DNA from: Octopus vulgaris
Taxonomy: Eukaryota
DNA: 64,000 nucleotides
Direction of reading: 5' to 3'
Assembly (NCBI GenBank): GCA_951406725.2
Contig: OX597819.1
Span: 96,162,001 to 96,226,000 of the forward strand
Position 1 is the stretch's first letter, and each line of letters begins with the position of its first letter. A model generated the notes under the pieces. It searched no databases and was not told the DNA's origin. It was given only the letters and a program-made list of their open reading frames with translations. The position numbers and the translations under genes are program-made. Of the stretch, positions 48,080 to 63,539 are shown piece by piece.

Positions 48080-49800
48080 TGATGAGACACGGGTACAGAG
48101 ACAAAAATGTGACAGTTCTCTAGAGGCTTTGATAAAGTAGTTCTGTAGAAGTGAAAAGTAGGTAGTTCGTAGAGGTAAGAATGAGAGCAAAATTTTGACA
48201 GTTCTTCAGATACTTGGATGAACTAGTTTTGTTGAGGCCGAGGATATAATTATGTTTTAGAAGCAAGGATGCGTTTCCTTCTGTAGAAGTTTGGATTAGA
48301 CAGTCCTGTAGAGACGAAAATTAGATAGTTCGGAGAGGCAAGAACGAGACAAGTCAGTAGGAGCTAAAAGTAGGTTGTTCGGAGAAGCAAGAATGACGCC
48401 AATTCTGTAGAGGATTGAATGAGACAGTTCTGTAGCGGCTTAGATAAAGTAGTTCTGTAGAGGCGACGATGAGACAGTTTCGTAGAGGCAAGAATGCAGA
48501 CATTTCTGTAGAGGTGAAAATGAAGTAATTTATAGAGGCGATAATGAACCAGTCCAAAAGAGGCCTGGACGCAACAGTTCTGCAGAGGTTTGAATGAGAG
48601 AGTTCTGAAGAGGCATGGAAAGGGCAGTTCTATAAATTTAAGATATGCCACCTCTTCAGGTGATGTATGAGACATTTTTTAGAGTAGGTAAGTAGGAAGG
48701 GTAAAACAGTTCCATATTGAGTAGGATGCGACATTTGTGTAGAATATAAGAAACGACAATGTAGAGAGAATTCTAGAGACCTAGATGGAAACAGTTTTAA
48801 AGAGGACAGGATAAGACAGTTTATACGGTGTAGCTGAGACTGCGGTACAATGTAGAATGAAACAATTCTGTAGAGTAATATTTCTCAAAACGGTTCCGAG
48901 TACTCCCTGGATTCCATGAAAGATTGCGGCATTCCGCTATACAAGGAGTTTTTAATAACATCCAATATAAATATATTGCTTAAAGCAAATGTTATTTACA
49001 ATTTTCAAAATATATAGTATTGATTTCAAAGTTTGGCACAAGGCCAGCAAGTTCTTGGATGGGGTAAGTTGATTACATCCACCCCAGTGCTCAACTGCTA
49101 CTTATTTTATCAATCCCAAAAGGATGAAAGGCAAAGTTGACCTCGATTCAGAACGTAAAGACGGGACGAAATGCCGCTAAGAATTTTCCCCGGTGTGCTA
49201 ACGATTCTGTCAGTTCTCTGCCTTAATTTTGAAAATAAATTATTAGGTGTATTTTTTAATGAATAAATTCTTTCTCTTGAATAATTTTTCTTTCATTTAA
49301 TATCTTATTAGAATTAAGGCCAGGAGTTTCTGTGATATATTATGAGGGTTTCGCGACAGAATAAGTTTGGGGATGACTGCAAAGAAGAGACAGTTCAGTA
49401 AAATGTGGAGTAAGGCAGTATTTATGCAGTGTAAAATATCGGACGGCTCTATAGAGAGCAGAGTGAGTGAGCGAGCGAGTGAGTGAGTGAGTAGTATGTT
49501 GAATAAGACAGTTCTATAGAATGTGGATTGAGTGAGTGTTATGTAGTATAGAATGAGACAGTTCTATACAGTGAAGATGAAAGCATTCTATAACGTGTGG
49601 AGTGAGAGAGTGGATGTTGTCTAGTGTAGAATGAGGCAAGACAGTTCTATAAACTGTGAAGTGAGTGAGTGAGTGAGTGAGTGAGTGTGTGAGTGAGTGA
49701 GTTAGTTAATGAGTGAGTGCTCTATAGTGTAGAATGAGACAGTTCCATACGTAACACTGTCTCAGTGTGGAGTGAGAGAATGTTACGTAGAGTAGAATTA
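48080..49800. repeat. Degenerate ~28-30-bp tandem repeat (gatgagacagttctgtagagg-like), interrupted by a SINE
   Basis: gagacagttct(g/a)taga recurs through 48080-48880 and 49380-49800. Confidence 0.75.
49020..49224 (-). mobile_element. SINE family A
   Basis: ggcacaaggccagcaa...aaggatgaaaggcaaagttgacctc...gctaacgattctg. Confidence 0.85.
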
Positions 49801-52800
49801 GATAATTCTTCGAGTGTTTGTAAGATATTTTGTACAGATCTTGGAATGCATTAAGATATTTATTGTCAAAGTTAAACAAATTTATAAAAGAAAGCAACAG
49901 AGGAAATTAATGAAAATGTTAATTACAATAGGTATGATTATTTGGAATTGTAATTTGAGGTCAACTGAGATAGAAACTTGAAAAATAAAGACAAAATTAA
50001 AAATAGAAAAAACATAATGGTGAACGAAAATATTAGGTGAAACATTTGTATGGGGTTTGTTAATAAGTTGTAAAATAAATAGATAAATAGATGTATTTGT
50101 AAGTAGATTAACCGTGTGAAACGTAGAAAGATCGATAGCTGTCTTGGAATGTAGGTAAATAAACACGTATATAAATTTGCATGTTGTTAGGTGAGTATAT
50201 ATATAATAACATATATGGACACAGGGCGGAGTATTCGAGGCTATGTAAATATTAAGAGAGGTATTTAACAAAAATTGAATAGAGACTATGAAATTATGCT
50301 TTAATGTGTTTTTAAGTAATAGATTACATAAGAAATAAGTGAAACAAGTCATTCTATCGCAAGGAATGTTCTCAAAATGAAATCTTTACATTGCACCTCT
50401 TTTCTTTTCTTTTCTTTTCTTAGCTGTCTTTGAACTTCATATCAGTATAGGAGACCCTTCTTGTTGTTTAGTCATGGTCAATTATGATCGAAGAGAATCA
50501 ATCACGTTCGAACCATAACCGTTCCTTTTTTGTTTTGTTTTTCTGACTTAATCTATATTTAGGACAACATTATTCAGGGAGTTGTTTCCTTCTTCAAAAC
50601 AGTATACGACTTGTGGGACATTTAGCTGCTATTTCTGGTATGCTGAATGATCACATGAAGGCACCGATGTTTGTTATCTAATAAATTCATATTTAGACGA
50701 GGTATCTTAAATTATATCATTCCTCATCCTCTCTTGGTAGACGAGTATTTTTAGAGACTCCCATGGTCTCTGTTCACTCAAGACGTTTATAATATGGATT
50801 TAATCTTAACATTTCCTTCAGACAATATGTAAACTGGAAGTCATAGAGGGAAATATAGGGGCCAAAGAGGACAGATTTTGGTGCCTGTATAAACATTTGT
50901 CATTCACAATATGGAAGAAGCAATAGATTTAGTGCTGATGATGGTGTAAGTTGGTCGCCACTTGCTCCCTGCTAACTACCCACACACCATCCACTTCTTT
51001 TCATAGTTTCTTTTTCTTTCACCATTTCCCCTTTTCTTTTTATTTTCCCATTTACTTAATCTAACCCTTTCATGCTGTTCTTTCACTCCTTCTCTCCTTG
51101 TACATACAAGCAGACACACACACCCGTGCACACACGCACGCACACACACACAAACGCATACACACACAAAGAGAGAAACATACTTCTTTACATAGTATTG
51201 TGTGTGTATGTGTGCGTGCGTGCGTGCGTGCGTGTGTGTATGTGCGCGTGCGCATATACATACCTACGCACATACATAAATACATACATATATCGGTGTA
51301 CATCGTCTTGTTTCGTCTCTCAACCTCCTCCCGTTCTTTCCTCTCCGTTTCTCTTTCTTTCCGGAATAATATAAGAGAAGAGGTTAATACTGTTGATATT
51401 CGTTCTACTCTACCTCATACATATTGCATAAACATTTATTTAAATTGTAGACGTCACCTAATAACAGTGGTGTTGGTGATGCTGGTGGTGGTGTCACTTT
51501 GACATCCAAGAAATAAAAAAATATAGAGAGAAGAATAAATGAGATCAGTAGGGAACAGGATGTCAGAGAATATTTATACGGTCAAGCTGACATAACGGCT
51601 TTCCCGCGAAAGAAATCTAATAGGTTCAACCATTTCTCAACACGTGTTATCCATTACTGTGAGTTGTAGTTAAGAGGGAGAGAACAGGTAAATAAATTAA
51701 TGAAAAATAATTAAGGGGCTATATGAGTGAAAAAAAAAAAGAGGTTGGGTAAGGGAATGAAAAATGGTTGCAGTCGGGAAAAATTTGCCGAGTGAATGGT
51801 AATGTTATGAATAAATAGGAAAAGAGGACACAAAATGCTGATGGTTTGTTTTATAAAGGAGTAAGACCTGGAGCATGTTACACTGTCTGACATGACAGGG
51901 TGGATTTGACAGTGAATTAAGAGCACTGGTGAATATATTCCAGGTCGCATGTACTTGTGTCAAACTACGCAGAGATCAGCTTGACCTTTTCTCCCTGTGC
52001 GGTCGATGAAATGTGTCCGGTATAAATTCGAAAGGAAGCCAAACTTTAAATAGGCGAGTTGTAAGTTCGCATGTGATCCCTATCATTGTACTAAGTGATT
52101 ACTGAGGAACTCCTGCTTCAATTATTTGGAAGTACGACACGTTAGTAAAAGAGAGAGAAGACTCAATGCTGGAATGCCCAACTATTTGTTTAATTATTAT
52201 TGCTGTTGCGTTTACAGTGAATAATCTACTATATCTCTTCACACAATAACTTCAGACAAATTTTCTCATAAATATTCACTTCATATATTACTGTGGTATG
52301 ATAGCTTCTGTTTTTAAAGACACAGTTCCAAAATACCTTTGAGACAATCTTTATGCAAACTACTGTTATATCCTAGGCTATCAGTATAAATTCAATTTAT
52401 CCTTCACTCAGTATGCTATCAGCTCATCTACTCAATGTGATTTTGCATACATCCGCTCAGTTACTATGACCTCCACTCAAATATCATTTCTCCCATTCAA
52501 CTAGCCTGCTTTTCTTATAAAACACCAGAGCTTCCATATGCAAAGTAATGCGTCTACCTCAAATAAGCTACTTTCACACAGGTTATTCTAAACCCCATAT
52601 AAACAACGACGACCTGTACGCAAGATGCTATGTCTTAACTATTTAAAAATAATTCCGGAAAACAAAATGTCACAAATCTTTTGGACAGAAATTTTCGTAT
52701 TGTGTTTACTGTGTGTAAGCGCTTTCGTTGTTCAGCTTTTAAAACACGTGTTTTGTGTTAAGTTATATAGAGGAAATTGTTTTTAGTATTGGTATTGACT

Positions 52801-53034
52801 ATTTCAGATTTAGATTCGGACGTAGAATTATTGATAAATATTCTTCTTTTGCCTGTCGTAGTTGACCATTTTCGTCTTTCTTTTTGAAAAAGGAAATATT
52901 TTGAATTTCCCATTTGCAGAAATGTCTAGAATTTCACTATGTGGAACTTTTCTGAGAGATGAATTCTATAATTTGCTGTTCGGGGTATTTTTGTTCTTGC
53001 AGGAATATATTTAGTTCTTCCGGTCCATTCTCAA

Positions 53035-53500
53035 AACCTAATTAATCATGCAATAACCAAAGCAAAAGAGATCCCAATCTCTGCCTCAAGGAGAAACATT
53101 CACACTGAAGTAGAATACAAAAATACACATATAAATATTCCATTTGTTATTACCTATATTCCCTAGCAATCTCAAGATCCTATAACCGACCAAACGATAC
53201 CTCCCAATTATACGTCAATCATCGAATCTCCAACAAATAATTAAAAAATCACAAATCATCAACAGTCGAAGACAACCACCAAATCTTAAAAGACGCATAA
53301 CGAAGGCGAGATTCACATCGGAGAAAGAAATAAGGTAGGTAACAAACTGTGGAAACCCTCGTTAAAATAATAATTGAGCAGGGAAGAACCAGAAGATTGA
53401 AGAATGGGGAGGAACTGAAGGTGAGTGCAAACATAAATTGCAAAACAAGAAATTCCATCTGCTACATCACATGCACACAATGCAACGATGATTCCACCAC
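53035..53500 (+). mobile_element. Penelope-like element relic (RT thumb to GIY-YIG linker)
   Basis: INHAITKAKEIP, IPFVITY, IINSRRQPPNLKRRITKARF, NCGNPR and INCKTRNSICYITCTQC match the Penelope linker and Cys motifs. Confidence 0.75.
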
Positions 53501-53530
53501 AGGTACACACATACATGCATACGTATATAT

Positions 53531-53587
<57 letters not shown>

Positions 53588-53635
53588 CATAATATATACA
53601 TACACACACACATATATATATATGTATGTATATAG

Positions 53636-53729
<94 letters not shown>

Positions 53730-53834
53730 AAAATATTTTATACACTTTATATTTTTAAAAATATTTTGTCTTATGACTTTTATTCATGCATGCTAACCAC
53801 TGGTAATAAATTATTTTAATTATATATATGGTTC

Positions 53835-53980
53835 AAATGTACAAGAAACAAAAAAGACAGGTGAGGGAACAACAAACAGGTGTATTAGTTTGACGTTCGG
53901 GAAGAATGGAAGTCTTTGATGTTTTGACCCTACGCTCTTTGATAGAAAAAGATGTGAGGGAAAACGGAGAGAAAAAACAT
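53835..53980 (-). mobile_element. Short Penelope-like element, decayed hammerhead
   Basis: Aligns with 61260-61420 (gtattagt.tg.cg.tc.ggaa...aagtcttt.a.gttt.ga.cctacgctctt..a.agaaa). Confidence 0.55.
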
Positions 53981-54472
53981 GTTTGTTTGTTTGTTTGTGT
54001 GCGGGGGGTTGGGTTGTTTTGGGGTGAATTTATTGTTGATGGTATCACATGAAACATTTACAGAATTAACAACCGCCTTGATTACTGGTGCAATGATCTT
54101 CCATACTGTCGCATGACTTAATAAGCTAGTATAACGCGTAATTGTTGTCTATACCGTGACATGACACATTGTCTAGCCTAATACAGTCTTAACTTTTGGC
54201 GCAACTATATTTCATGCAGTCACACGAGTCTTTGGTCACTTAAGCAGTTCAACCAACCAGGCTGCACCTTAACTGATGGCAATTTCAGCGATAATCTCTC
54301 CGAACAAAGGAGCGAATTTCCAAATTCCAATCTGAGTTGAAACAACTACAGCATAGCTCTAGATCCTTCCATCTCAAAGTACTTATAAAAGTCTTATAAA
54401 ATTTTAAAAGCGGTTAAGTAAATGTAAATAATTCTTTTTCAAGATTACAGGTGCATTTTAAACTTTTCTTTT

Positions 54473-54520
<48 letters not shown>

Positions 54521-54574
54521 GGATGAACGAATTATCCTTTGTTTACCGTTAACATGGAAAAGTCAATAAAACAG

Positions 54575-54728
<154 letters not shown>

Positions 54729-54806
54729 CTAGGTCCTTTTAACTACGTTTTTATTGAAAATTTACTTGTGAAAATATATCCAGGAGATACTGGAGTTAAT
54801 AGAAAT

Positions 54807-55218
54807 GCTGGCAGAAATGTTAGCACGCCGAGCGAAATACTTAGCACTATTTCGTCTGCCGCTACATTCTGAGTTCAAATTCCGCCGAGGTCGACTTTGC
54901 CTTTCATCCTTTCGGGGACGATAAATTAAGTACCAGTTACGCACCGGGGTCGATGTAATCGACTTAATCCGTTTGTCTGTCCTTGTTTGTCCCCTCTGTG
55001 TGTAGCCCCTTGTGGGTAGTAAAGAAATAGGTATTTCGTCTGCCGTTACGTTCTGAGTTCAAATTCCGCCGAGGTCGACTTTGCCTTTGATTCTTTCGGG
55101 GTCGATTAAATAAGTACCAGTTGCGCACTGGGGTCGATGTAATCTACTTAATCCGTTTGTCTGTCTTTGTTTGTCCCCTCTGTGTTTAGCCCTTTGTGGG
55201 CAATAAAGAAATAAGAAA
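54807..55218 (+). mobile_element. SINE family A head-to-tail dimer
   Basis: tatttcgtctgccg...gtcgactttgccttt...gccccttgtggg.a.taaagaaata repeated with a ~185-bp period. Confidence 0.92.
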
Positions 55219-55324
55219 TAGGGATTCAGTGAAATTTGATTTACCATTTAAGTGCTGAGGTAGTTAGTATGAATAACAAGATTGTAACCAGAATTTATTA
55301 TAATTTAAAAATTTTTTTAAATTT

Positions 55325-55367
55325 TATCTAGTTTCAGCTCACGAGCTGTGGCCATGCTGGGGCACCC
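55325..55367 (-). mobile_element. Isolated LINE/SINE 3' stem-loop tail (extremely 5'-truncated insertion)
   Basis: Minus gggtgccccagcatggccacagctcgtgagctgaaactagataaaa. Confidence 0.75.
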
Positions 55368-56624
55368 GTACTGTATCCTTGCACTTAGCATTGAGTAGAA
55401 TACCGTAAAGAGTATAACGTGCTCGCCAGTTAAGTTATATGTTGCGGCAGAATTATAAATTTGACGTATTTGTAGATAGAGTTAAGCTGTTGATGAAACA
55501 TATGGAAAAACTTAGTCGTGTCAGGAAATTGTTAGTTAGAAGTTTGCACAGGAAGACATAACGTAATTTCAGAAAAATGGTGTAATTTGTAGTTTGAGCA
55601 TAGAATGAATCCTTGCAATTTAGTTTTATTTGACGTTAACATTGATGGCTGCAGTTTTTGCATCTGACCTCACATATTGTGTCTAACATCACTTCGGCTA
55701 AGGAATCACTTCTAGACTTCCACTCAGAGATTAAGATTAGTCTATCATCGTTGGACAGCAGTGGAGTTAGGAGGTAAGTCTTAGCTTTCCTCACAACAAC
55801 GTTGCATGTAGGTGCTACGTGGAGAATATTTTCCGTTGGTTCGTTTTAAATATTTTTAATGTTTTAAACATGGCTGTTTTGTTTAATGTTCTTCAATTAA
55901 TTTATATGTTTACAATTCGAGAAGATGCATTCCCTTGTTTTTAGTTATGCTTGTTACCTTGTGAAACTGAGGTACTTTATTCTTCGGATATTATTATTTT
56001 TCTGTGTTTTATTGATTTACGCGCTTATAACTTAATTTTTTTATTTGTATGTTAAATAACTTTTGTACGCTATGTTTAGTTTGTTTTCATCATCTATAAG
56101 CATTTAGGTAGCAATGTCTGTTTTGATTCATTTACACAGTTTTGTATACTTTATTTAATTTTCATATTTGATAGCTGCCGTCATGTGACGATTTATGTTG
56201 GAGATTTGCTGTTTGTATCTGTCCTTTGTAACTGTAAACAAGTGTCGACTTAATGAATACACTGAGCTTGTTTGACCTGTGTTTCATGTCTACTATTCCC
56301 AAAAAGCGTTTATATTTCTCATGCTGTTTACACCACCGGACTGAATCGTATTGCCAAGATGTCAAACCCATAATAATATTCAATAGGCAGCTGAAGAAGA
56401 GAAGTATACGTTTATTGTATTAGCTCATTTGTATGTTTTTTGTTGTGAACCTTTTGTACCTCATATTCTCAATACTCCATTCTGACAACTCCATTCTGAT
56501 GCTAGACTAGCTCCGGGAATTTATAATTTACGGTGGTTTTGTTGCATATATACATATGTATAAATAGACAGACATATGTATATATATATATGTATGATGT
56601 ATGTATGTTTATATATATATATGT

Positions 56625-56670
<46 letters not shown>

Positions 56671-56769
56671 ATGTATGTATGTACTTACGTATGTATGTAC
56701 GTACGTATGTATGTGTACACACACACACACACACACACATATTACTAAAGTTTCTTCAGTCAAAATGTT

Positions 56770-57370
56770 CAGAAATGCAAAGGGGGACTACTAATTAAAA
56801 TTTTGCGAAGACAGCATCAAATAAAAATATTGCAGGGACGACTAAATATTTTAAGGACAATTAACAACATTATTGCAAGTGTGTGTGTGTGTGGGGGGAG
56901 CTAGTTATAATATTGCAAGAATGACTAATAAAATCTAGAATATTGAGAATAGTAGGAGAGCGTAAAGTGAATGGGGAAAGTGAGAAAAGCGGGAAGAACA
57001 AGGACTGGAGTATTCCATATAATAAGTCCACCAAAATATTTTCATATAAAATATAAAATTACAGACATATGGAATTGAATCAATTTTTGTAACAACTCTA
57101 CAATCAGACTCAATATTACTAAAACGGATATAAACATATTGACAATATATTATTGCCAAAGACAACATCTGTCAAGGACGGCAACTAATTAAAATATTGC
57201 AAGGAGACTGCTAACCTAAATTAAATATTGTTACCGAAGGTATTATAAGCAAATATATTATTGAAAATATATTATTGTCAATGGCAACGACTAATTAAAA
57301 TATTGCAAGGGGGCAGCTAATTGTAATATTGAACAGATAATAATTAATATATTACAAGGAGCACAAATAA
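56770..57370. repeat. Degenerate ~25-30-bp repeat (ctaattaaaatattgcaagg-like)
   Basis: atattgcaag and actaattaaaat recur. Confidence 0.55.
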
Positions 57371-57558
57371 TAAGCAACTCATAAGTATTATAAAAATATA
57401 TTAATGGCTATATACTCTCATTTACCTTTATAGAATGATTCAAATTTCTTCATTGCTTGGTTTTAACCTCTTTCTAACCTCACCCCAAAAAATAATAATA
57501 AGTAGTAAATTTACGCGATTGGGTGCTCAAAATTAGATTTAATTTGCAATACATCATT

Positions 57559-57709
57559 ACTTGGCTAAAAGTTTGGAACATAGGTCTGAAAATTAGAATT
57601 TTTATATTAAATGCTCAAATATATGCGTTGTATATATTTGAATCGAATTATTCTTGGACATCATAATTTTAATTTTAAAAAAAATGTCCCAAACTTTTGG
57701 CCACGACAG
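57559..57709. mobile_element. Short Tc1-type MITE
   Basis: tggctaaaagtttggaacat versus atgtcccaaacttttggcca inverted pair. Confidence 0.5.
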
Positions 57710-59104
57710 TAAGATAGCTCCATAATTTGTTCGAGGAATTTCACTTTAAAATTACGATGAGTTCAGTCTCAATGCAACTTTCAAATTACAGATTTTACAA
57801 TTCAGAACAAAAAAAAAAAGAAGCCAATCATTTACTACTATACATAGACTATCCAATCACCCGAAAAAAGGTTTTTAAACAAGCTAATTAAATATAGTTT
57901 CTCTTCAATTAATCTGCAGTTCATTGATGTTTCTGAATATTTTAATAAATTAGATATATTAAAAAGGCGACATTTCACAATGACACAATCATAGAAAAAT
58001 ATGTATTTTCTGATGCAATCCTCCTTACTTCCAATATGTCTCTAACCCTTTAATTATCTTATCCTTAAGCTGCCGTAAAAAACATTTTATCCATCTCCAT
58101 AGTATTTCATAACTTTTAATAAAACTCCATGAAAGTATTCTACTCAATCACACGCAATCTAGCTCAATCTTTGGCAACTATGAACCAAAGACTATTGCAT
58201 AATTCCTCTCCTAACCTAACTTTACTCTCTTGCAATTTTACACGCCCAAATAAATACCCGTTCGAATGTAGACATACACCTTAACGAATTGTTCACTGTG
58301 CGACTGTGTAAAAAAAAGTGTATAAAGCCTAAATCACTTATTCTTTCAGGATGAGTACATTAAGTATGGACATACAATTCGCAATTATCTGAGATGTCTG
58401 GATATATGTGGAATGTTAATAAGAAAAGTTCAAATTGCGACATTAAATTAAATTAATTTGTTTTGCCAAACCGTTCAGCCGTTCGAATTGGCTTTGTTCG
58501 TTTTGTCTCTATGAATCCTTGGAAATGTTATTTTCAAAACCTTCGCCGCCTAATCGAAATTCTTAAATAATTTCTAATCGCATGCATAAAATTTTTCGTG
58601 CACTTAAATATATAAAAACACATTTTACATGACAAAGGCTGAGAATTTTCTATGAGATCATTTTCTCTTTGTAAACAACACCATTGAAATTAAGTATGTA
58701 ATAATCTTACGAAACATATAATTGCTTTCTTTCCATGAAAAGAACATCTGCATCTCTTTACTCACTTATAAGAATAATTCAACACCCACATCCTCTTTAA
58801 TAACCTTAATTCCATTTATATTTTCTTCTTTATAATTTTAATATAATACATTAATTCTAATGGTATGGGAAGCTTAGAATAAAATTGTTCATACTGAACT
58901 AAGAAGTTGAACTTTTAATGAGTAAACAACGTCTGACATAGATTGACTTTCGGGATTTGCAAGTATCAAATAACTAAGAAATGTGTTCGGGCGGCCGAAA
59001 CTATATTTATATATTATGTTTATAAATCATACTTCATATTTTAGATTTTCATGTTTGTATATTATATAATTTCATATTATGATATTTTGGTCATCTAAAT
59101 ACAG

Positions 59105-59232
59105 AAGCTTCTCAACCACATGATTCTGGTTTCAGTTCCACTGCGTGGCACCTAGCACAATTGCCCCCTACTATAGCCTCGGGCCGACCAAAGCCTTGTG
59201 AGTGACTTTGGTAGACGGAAACTGAAAGAAGC

Positions 59233-59275
<43 letters not shown>

Positions 59276-59504
59276 ATATTTACGTGTGTGTGTGTCTTTG
59301 TATCTGTGTTTCCCACACTACCATCGTTTCACCACAGATGTTGGTGTGTTTATGTCCCCATAAACTAGCAGTTCAGCAAAAGAAACCGATAGAATAAGTA
59401 TTAAGCCTGCAAAGAATAATCTATGGGGTCGATCACTTCGATGAAAACCCTTTAATATGATGGTCCAGCATGGCCGAAGTTACATGACTGAAACAAGTAA
59501 AAGA
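59105..59504 (+). mobile_element. SINE family B
   Basis: ccactgcgtggcacc...ctactatagcctcgggccgaccaaagccttgtgagtg...ccagcatggccgaagttacatgactgaaacaagtaaaaga. Confidence 0.88.
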
Positions 59505-60299
<795 letters not shown>

Positions 60300-60306
60300 A
60301 TATATA

Positions 60307-61230
60307 CAGGCATACCTCGGCGTAAGTCGTTCTCGATTATACTTCGGTTTTCAAAAATAATATATAGAAAAATATAAATCAAGTCATTTTACTCGTCTTT
60401 ACGGTTGTTCACCACAAATATTGGAATTGTAAAATCGTTAGAAAACCGTTAAAAGCACAAAAAATCATTTTCATGTTATTGTACAATAAATATTAATAAA
60501 AGCATATAAAATCATATTAAAGTACGTACTGTAAATGTTAAGATACATACCATAAAGTAGTGTAGCTTAGTGAATGAAATCATGAAATCAGCTGTGTTGT
60601 CTTATTGGTCTTTCGGAGCTCATATTGCACTGTCTACCGTTAGGCGTCGTTGTCACTCGTCGTTGAGGAAAAGAAGAAGACAGTTCAAGGAACCCTCAGC
60701 CGATTTTTTTTGAGCGCATCGACCTAGAACAGCCAGAGCCAGCTGTTGATGTTGACGATCCACAGCCATCTCCATCCACAATGCAAACCACTAAATTGTA
60801 TGTACGTATTGGTAAATTTAAAATAATTTTTTTATTTACTATTACAAAATAATAGTAATTACTGAATTTGTTTCTTAAGCTTAAAAGAGGCTTTTATTTT
60901 ACCGTGTCTTATTGGAAACCGCATTCATAAATAAAGCGTCCGCGATGTAAGGCAAACATCGCCAAATTGTATTCGTAAATTTAGATTACTTTTTTTTTTA
61001 CTGTACTGCATTAAAAGATAAAAGTTATTTTTTTGTAAGCTTAAAATAAGTTTTTATTAACCATGTATGATTGAAAATGCATTCATAAATAAAGTACAGA
61101 ACTGGGAATGGTTATTATCAGTTTAGCCTAGAGACAAGTAAATTCTGCCTAGTCTAGCCTAGAGACAAGTTAATTCGAGTTAAGTCGTGTCTCCTGGAAC
61201 CAATTAACGACGTAGAGTGAGGTATGCCTG
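60307..61230. mobile_element. pogo/Tigger-like non-autonomous DNA transposon
   Basis: TIRs caggcatacctcggcgtaagtcgtt / aacgacgtagagtgaggtatgcctg; CAGGCATACCTC is a Tigger-type terminus; TA at left. Confidence 0.75.
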
Positions 61231-61245
61231 AATATATATATATTT

Positions 61246-61430
61246 ATAACGGGAAGCTTTATGAAAATAAACAAAAGACGAAGGCATGTGGAGTACAAAC
61301 AAACAATTGTATTAGTATGGCGCTCAGGAATATAAATAAAACAAGTCTTTTACGTTTCGAGCCTACGCTCTTCAACAGAAAGATACACAGTAAAGAAACA
61401 CGGAGAGAAACAAGGAGAGAAAAAATATGT
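61246..61430 (-). mobile_element. Short Penelope-like element with minimal hammerhead motif
   Basis: Minus 61382-61347: CTTT-CTGTTGA-A-GAGC-GTAG-GCTC-GAAACGT-A-AAAG. Confidence 0.65.
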
Positions 61431-61436
61431 ATGTGT

Positions 61437-61494
<58 letters not shown>

Positions 61495-63065
61495 ATGCCT
61501 GTATATGTATACACGTACATAGACAAACATGTATATGGTATTATATATATATATACACAGATACACACACGCGCGCGAGCACACACACACACACACACAC
61601 GCACGCACACACACACACACGCACGCACACACACACACACACACACACAAATAACTGTTTGCGCATACGCCTATATGCGTGTGTATTTGCAGTTTTCTAT
61701 ATAGGGAAACTAATAAAAGAAAACTTGTTCCACTACTTTTCGAAATAACTTTACCATTCTTAGTTGTCAATTTCTGTAGACATCCATAACCCCACACTTG
61801 GAGGCAAACTCTAGTATATCCAGTCGCCTTATGTTGTAACAACATGCGTAAACAAATCTGGATAAAAAGTGGGGAGCGGTTGTATTAGTATGCGTCTGCA
61901 AACATAATGTCGAGATGTTTATGGAGTTTTTAAATAGGTTGATTGGCTGTCAAGAGGAGACTCTGTCCGCCAGGCTGCCTGTCTGCCTGTCGACCTGGTT
62001 GTCTGTCTACCTCTCCCACCTCTCTCTCTCTCCCTCCCTGTCTCAGGTGGTGGGTCAGCCTTGAAATGTCAGATTGCTCATCTCCCTTCGACGAACCATC
62101 TTCTTTAAACTCAATAACTTCAGTCTGTTCTAACACACGAGTCCCGATATTATTATATTGATACAATATCTCCCTATTTGCGTACGTATGTACTCGTATC
62201 ATCCGTAAGTATAAATTTAATATACTTTTACAATTATATAATGATACAATCTATGATCGTTGTCAAATTCCATTGCTAGGAAATTTCATTTGAAGTTACC
62301 AAGAAAGTAATATATTCTTAAATATAAACTCACTGCAACTTTGTAGGAATCGGGTAAAAGTTTTGAAACCAATCCTAAGATCTGATTCGTACTTATTTTT
62401 AACAATAAGATTAGAACATCTACAGGACTTGACGTCACAATGCAAGGGGATGCAACTAAATGCTATGATATTGTACCGTGGTTTTTCTGACAGCCACGTC
62501 TCACACACATGTAAATTCATGATATTTAGTAACATTAACTTTAGTATGTTACTGGTACTATTTATTGATACTGGAAGATGAAAGTCGAAGAGAAAGATTT
62601 TATGAGACATGAAGCTAATGACTTTTGAGTACGTTACACTTGTAACCATCTTGATCATCCGTCCAACTAGACCATAGTTGCAACAAATGAAATCGATATT
62701 ACATCGATTTACTTTAAATTTATGTCGATTACTTTTGAAAATTTATGTAACTTGAAGCTCTATATATGCAGCAGATATTTCGTCAATGATATTTAATGAC
62801 CAATTATATAATTAACTTGTTCTTATTTCACCATTTTCAAAAGAGTCTTCATCTAACAATCGAACTTCCATTCTGAAATACGTAAACCCAAGGGAACTGT
62901 CGTTTATTGCCCTGGTATTGTATATAGATGGCGATATTCAAGCAGTGGAAAGCTGTAACAACAATTCAAACGTGTCATAATAAATCTAATGACTATATAA
63001 TCAAATCAGAGCTACACACCTTGTATAAATAGAAACATGACAATTATCAGAGAGATCCTCTACAT

Positions 63066-63539
63066 TAGTGGTTCTTAACTTTGGCAGTAGTGATTCTTGG
63101 GGTAGGGATGAGCTCGCAAGGTAACAAGAAATATGAAAAGGAAGTGCTGAATGTTTAGGAAGTGTCATGATTTTTCATAGAAATAAAATATTTTAAACTA
63201 ATAACGATTCTGGTATTTTAAAGACATTTTTAGGATTAAAAGTTTAGTTGAACATCATAATATTAGTGAGTAGAAATAGTACTGATGATGTATCAAGGTC
63301 CAATATAATTTTGTTGAATAAGCTCTCATCTTTAGTAATCTCTATAAAAATTTTGCATCGGAGACAGTAGTCCATACAGATACCTAAAGTAAATTACATG
63401 CCGGATGGAAATACAGATAATGACACACATTACAAACTTAGCTTCCGTTTAATTTAAATAATTTTATTTTTTGCAAAACTTGGAGGGATGGCGTCTGTAA
63501 ATCATCATTAGGTGACAGGGGGCGCGCTGAGAATCATTG
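63066..63539. mobile_element. hAT (Charlie-like) MITE relic
   Basis: Ends tagtggttcttaac / gctgagaatcattg resemble CAGTGGTTCTCAAC; 8-bp flanks ctctacat/gtcaagat match at 5 of 8. Confidence 0.5.

Noticed and set aside
48080-48880. CRISPR-like repeat-spacer appearance
   Set aside because: Repeats are degenerate, spacers are short and related, there are no cas genes and the context is eukaryotic.
61855-61885. ggataaaaagtggggag resembling the 3' part of a twister ribozyme
   Set aside because: The upstream twister elements and pairing partners are absent.
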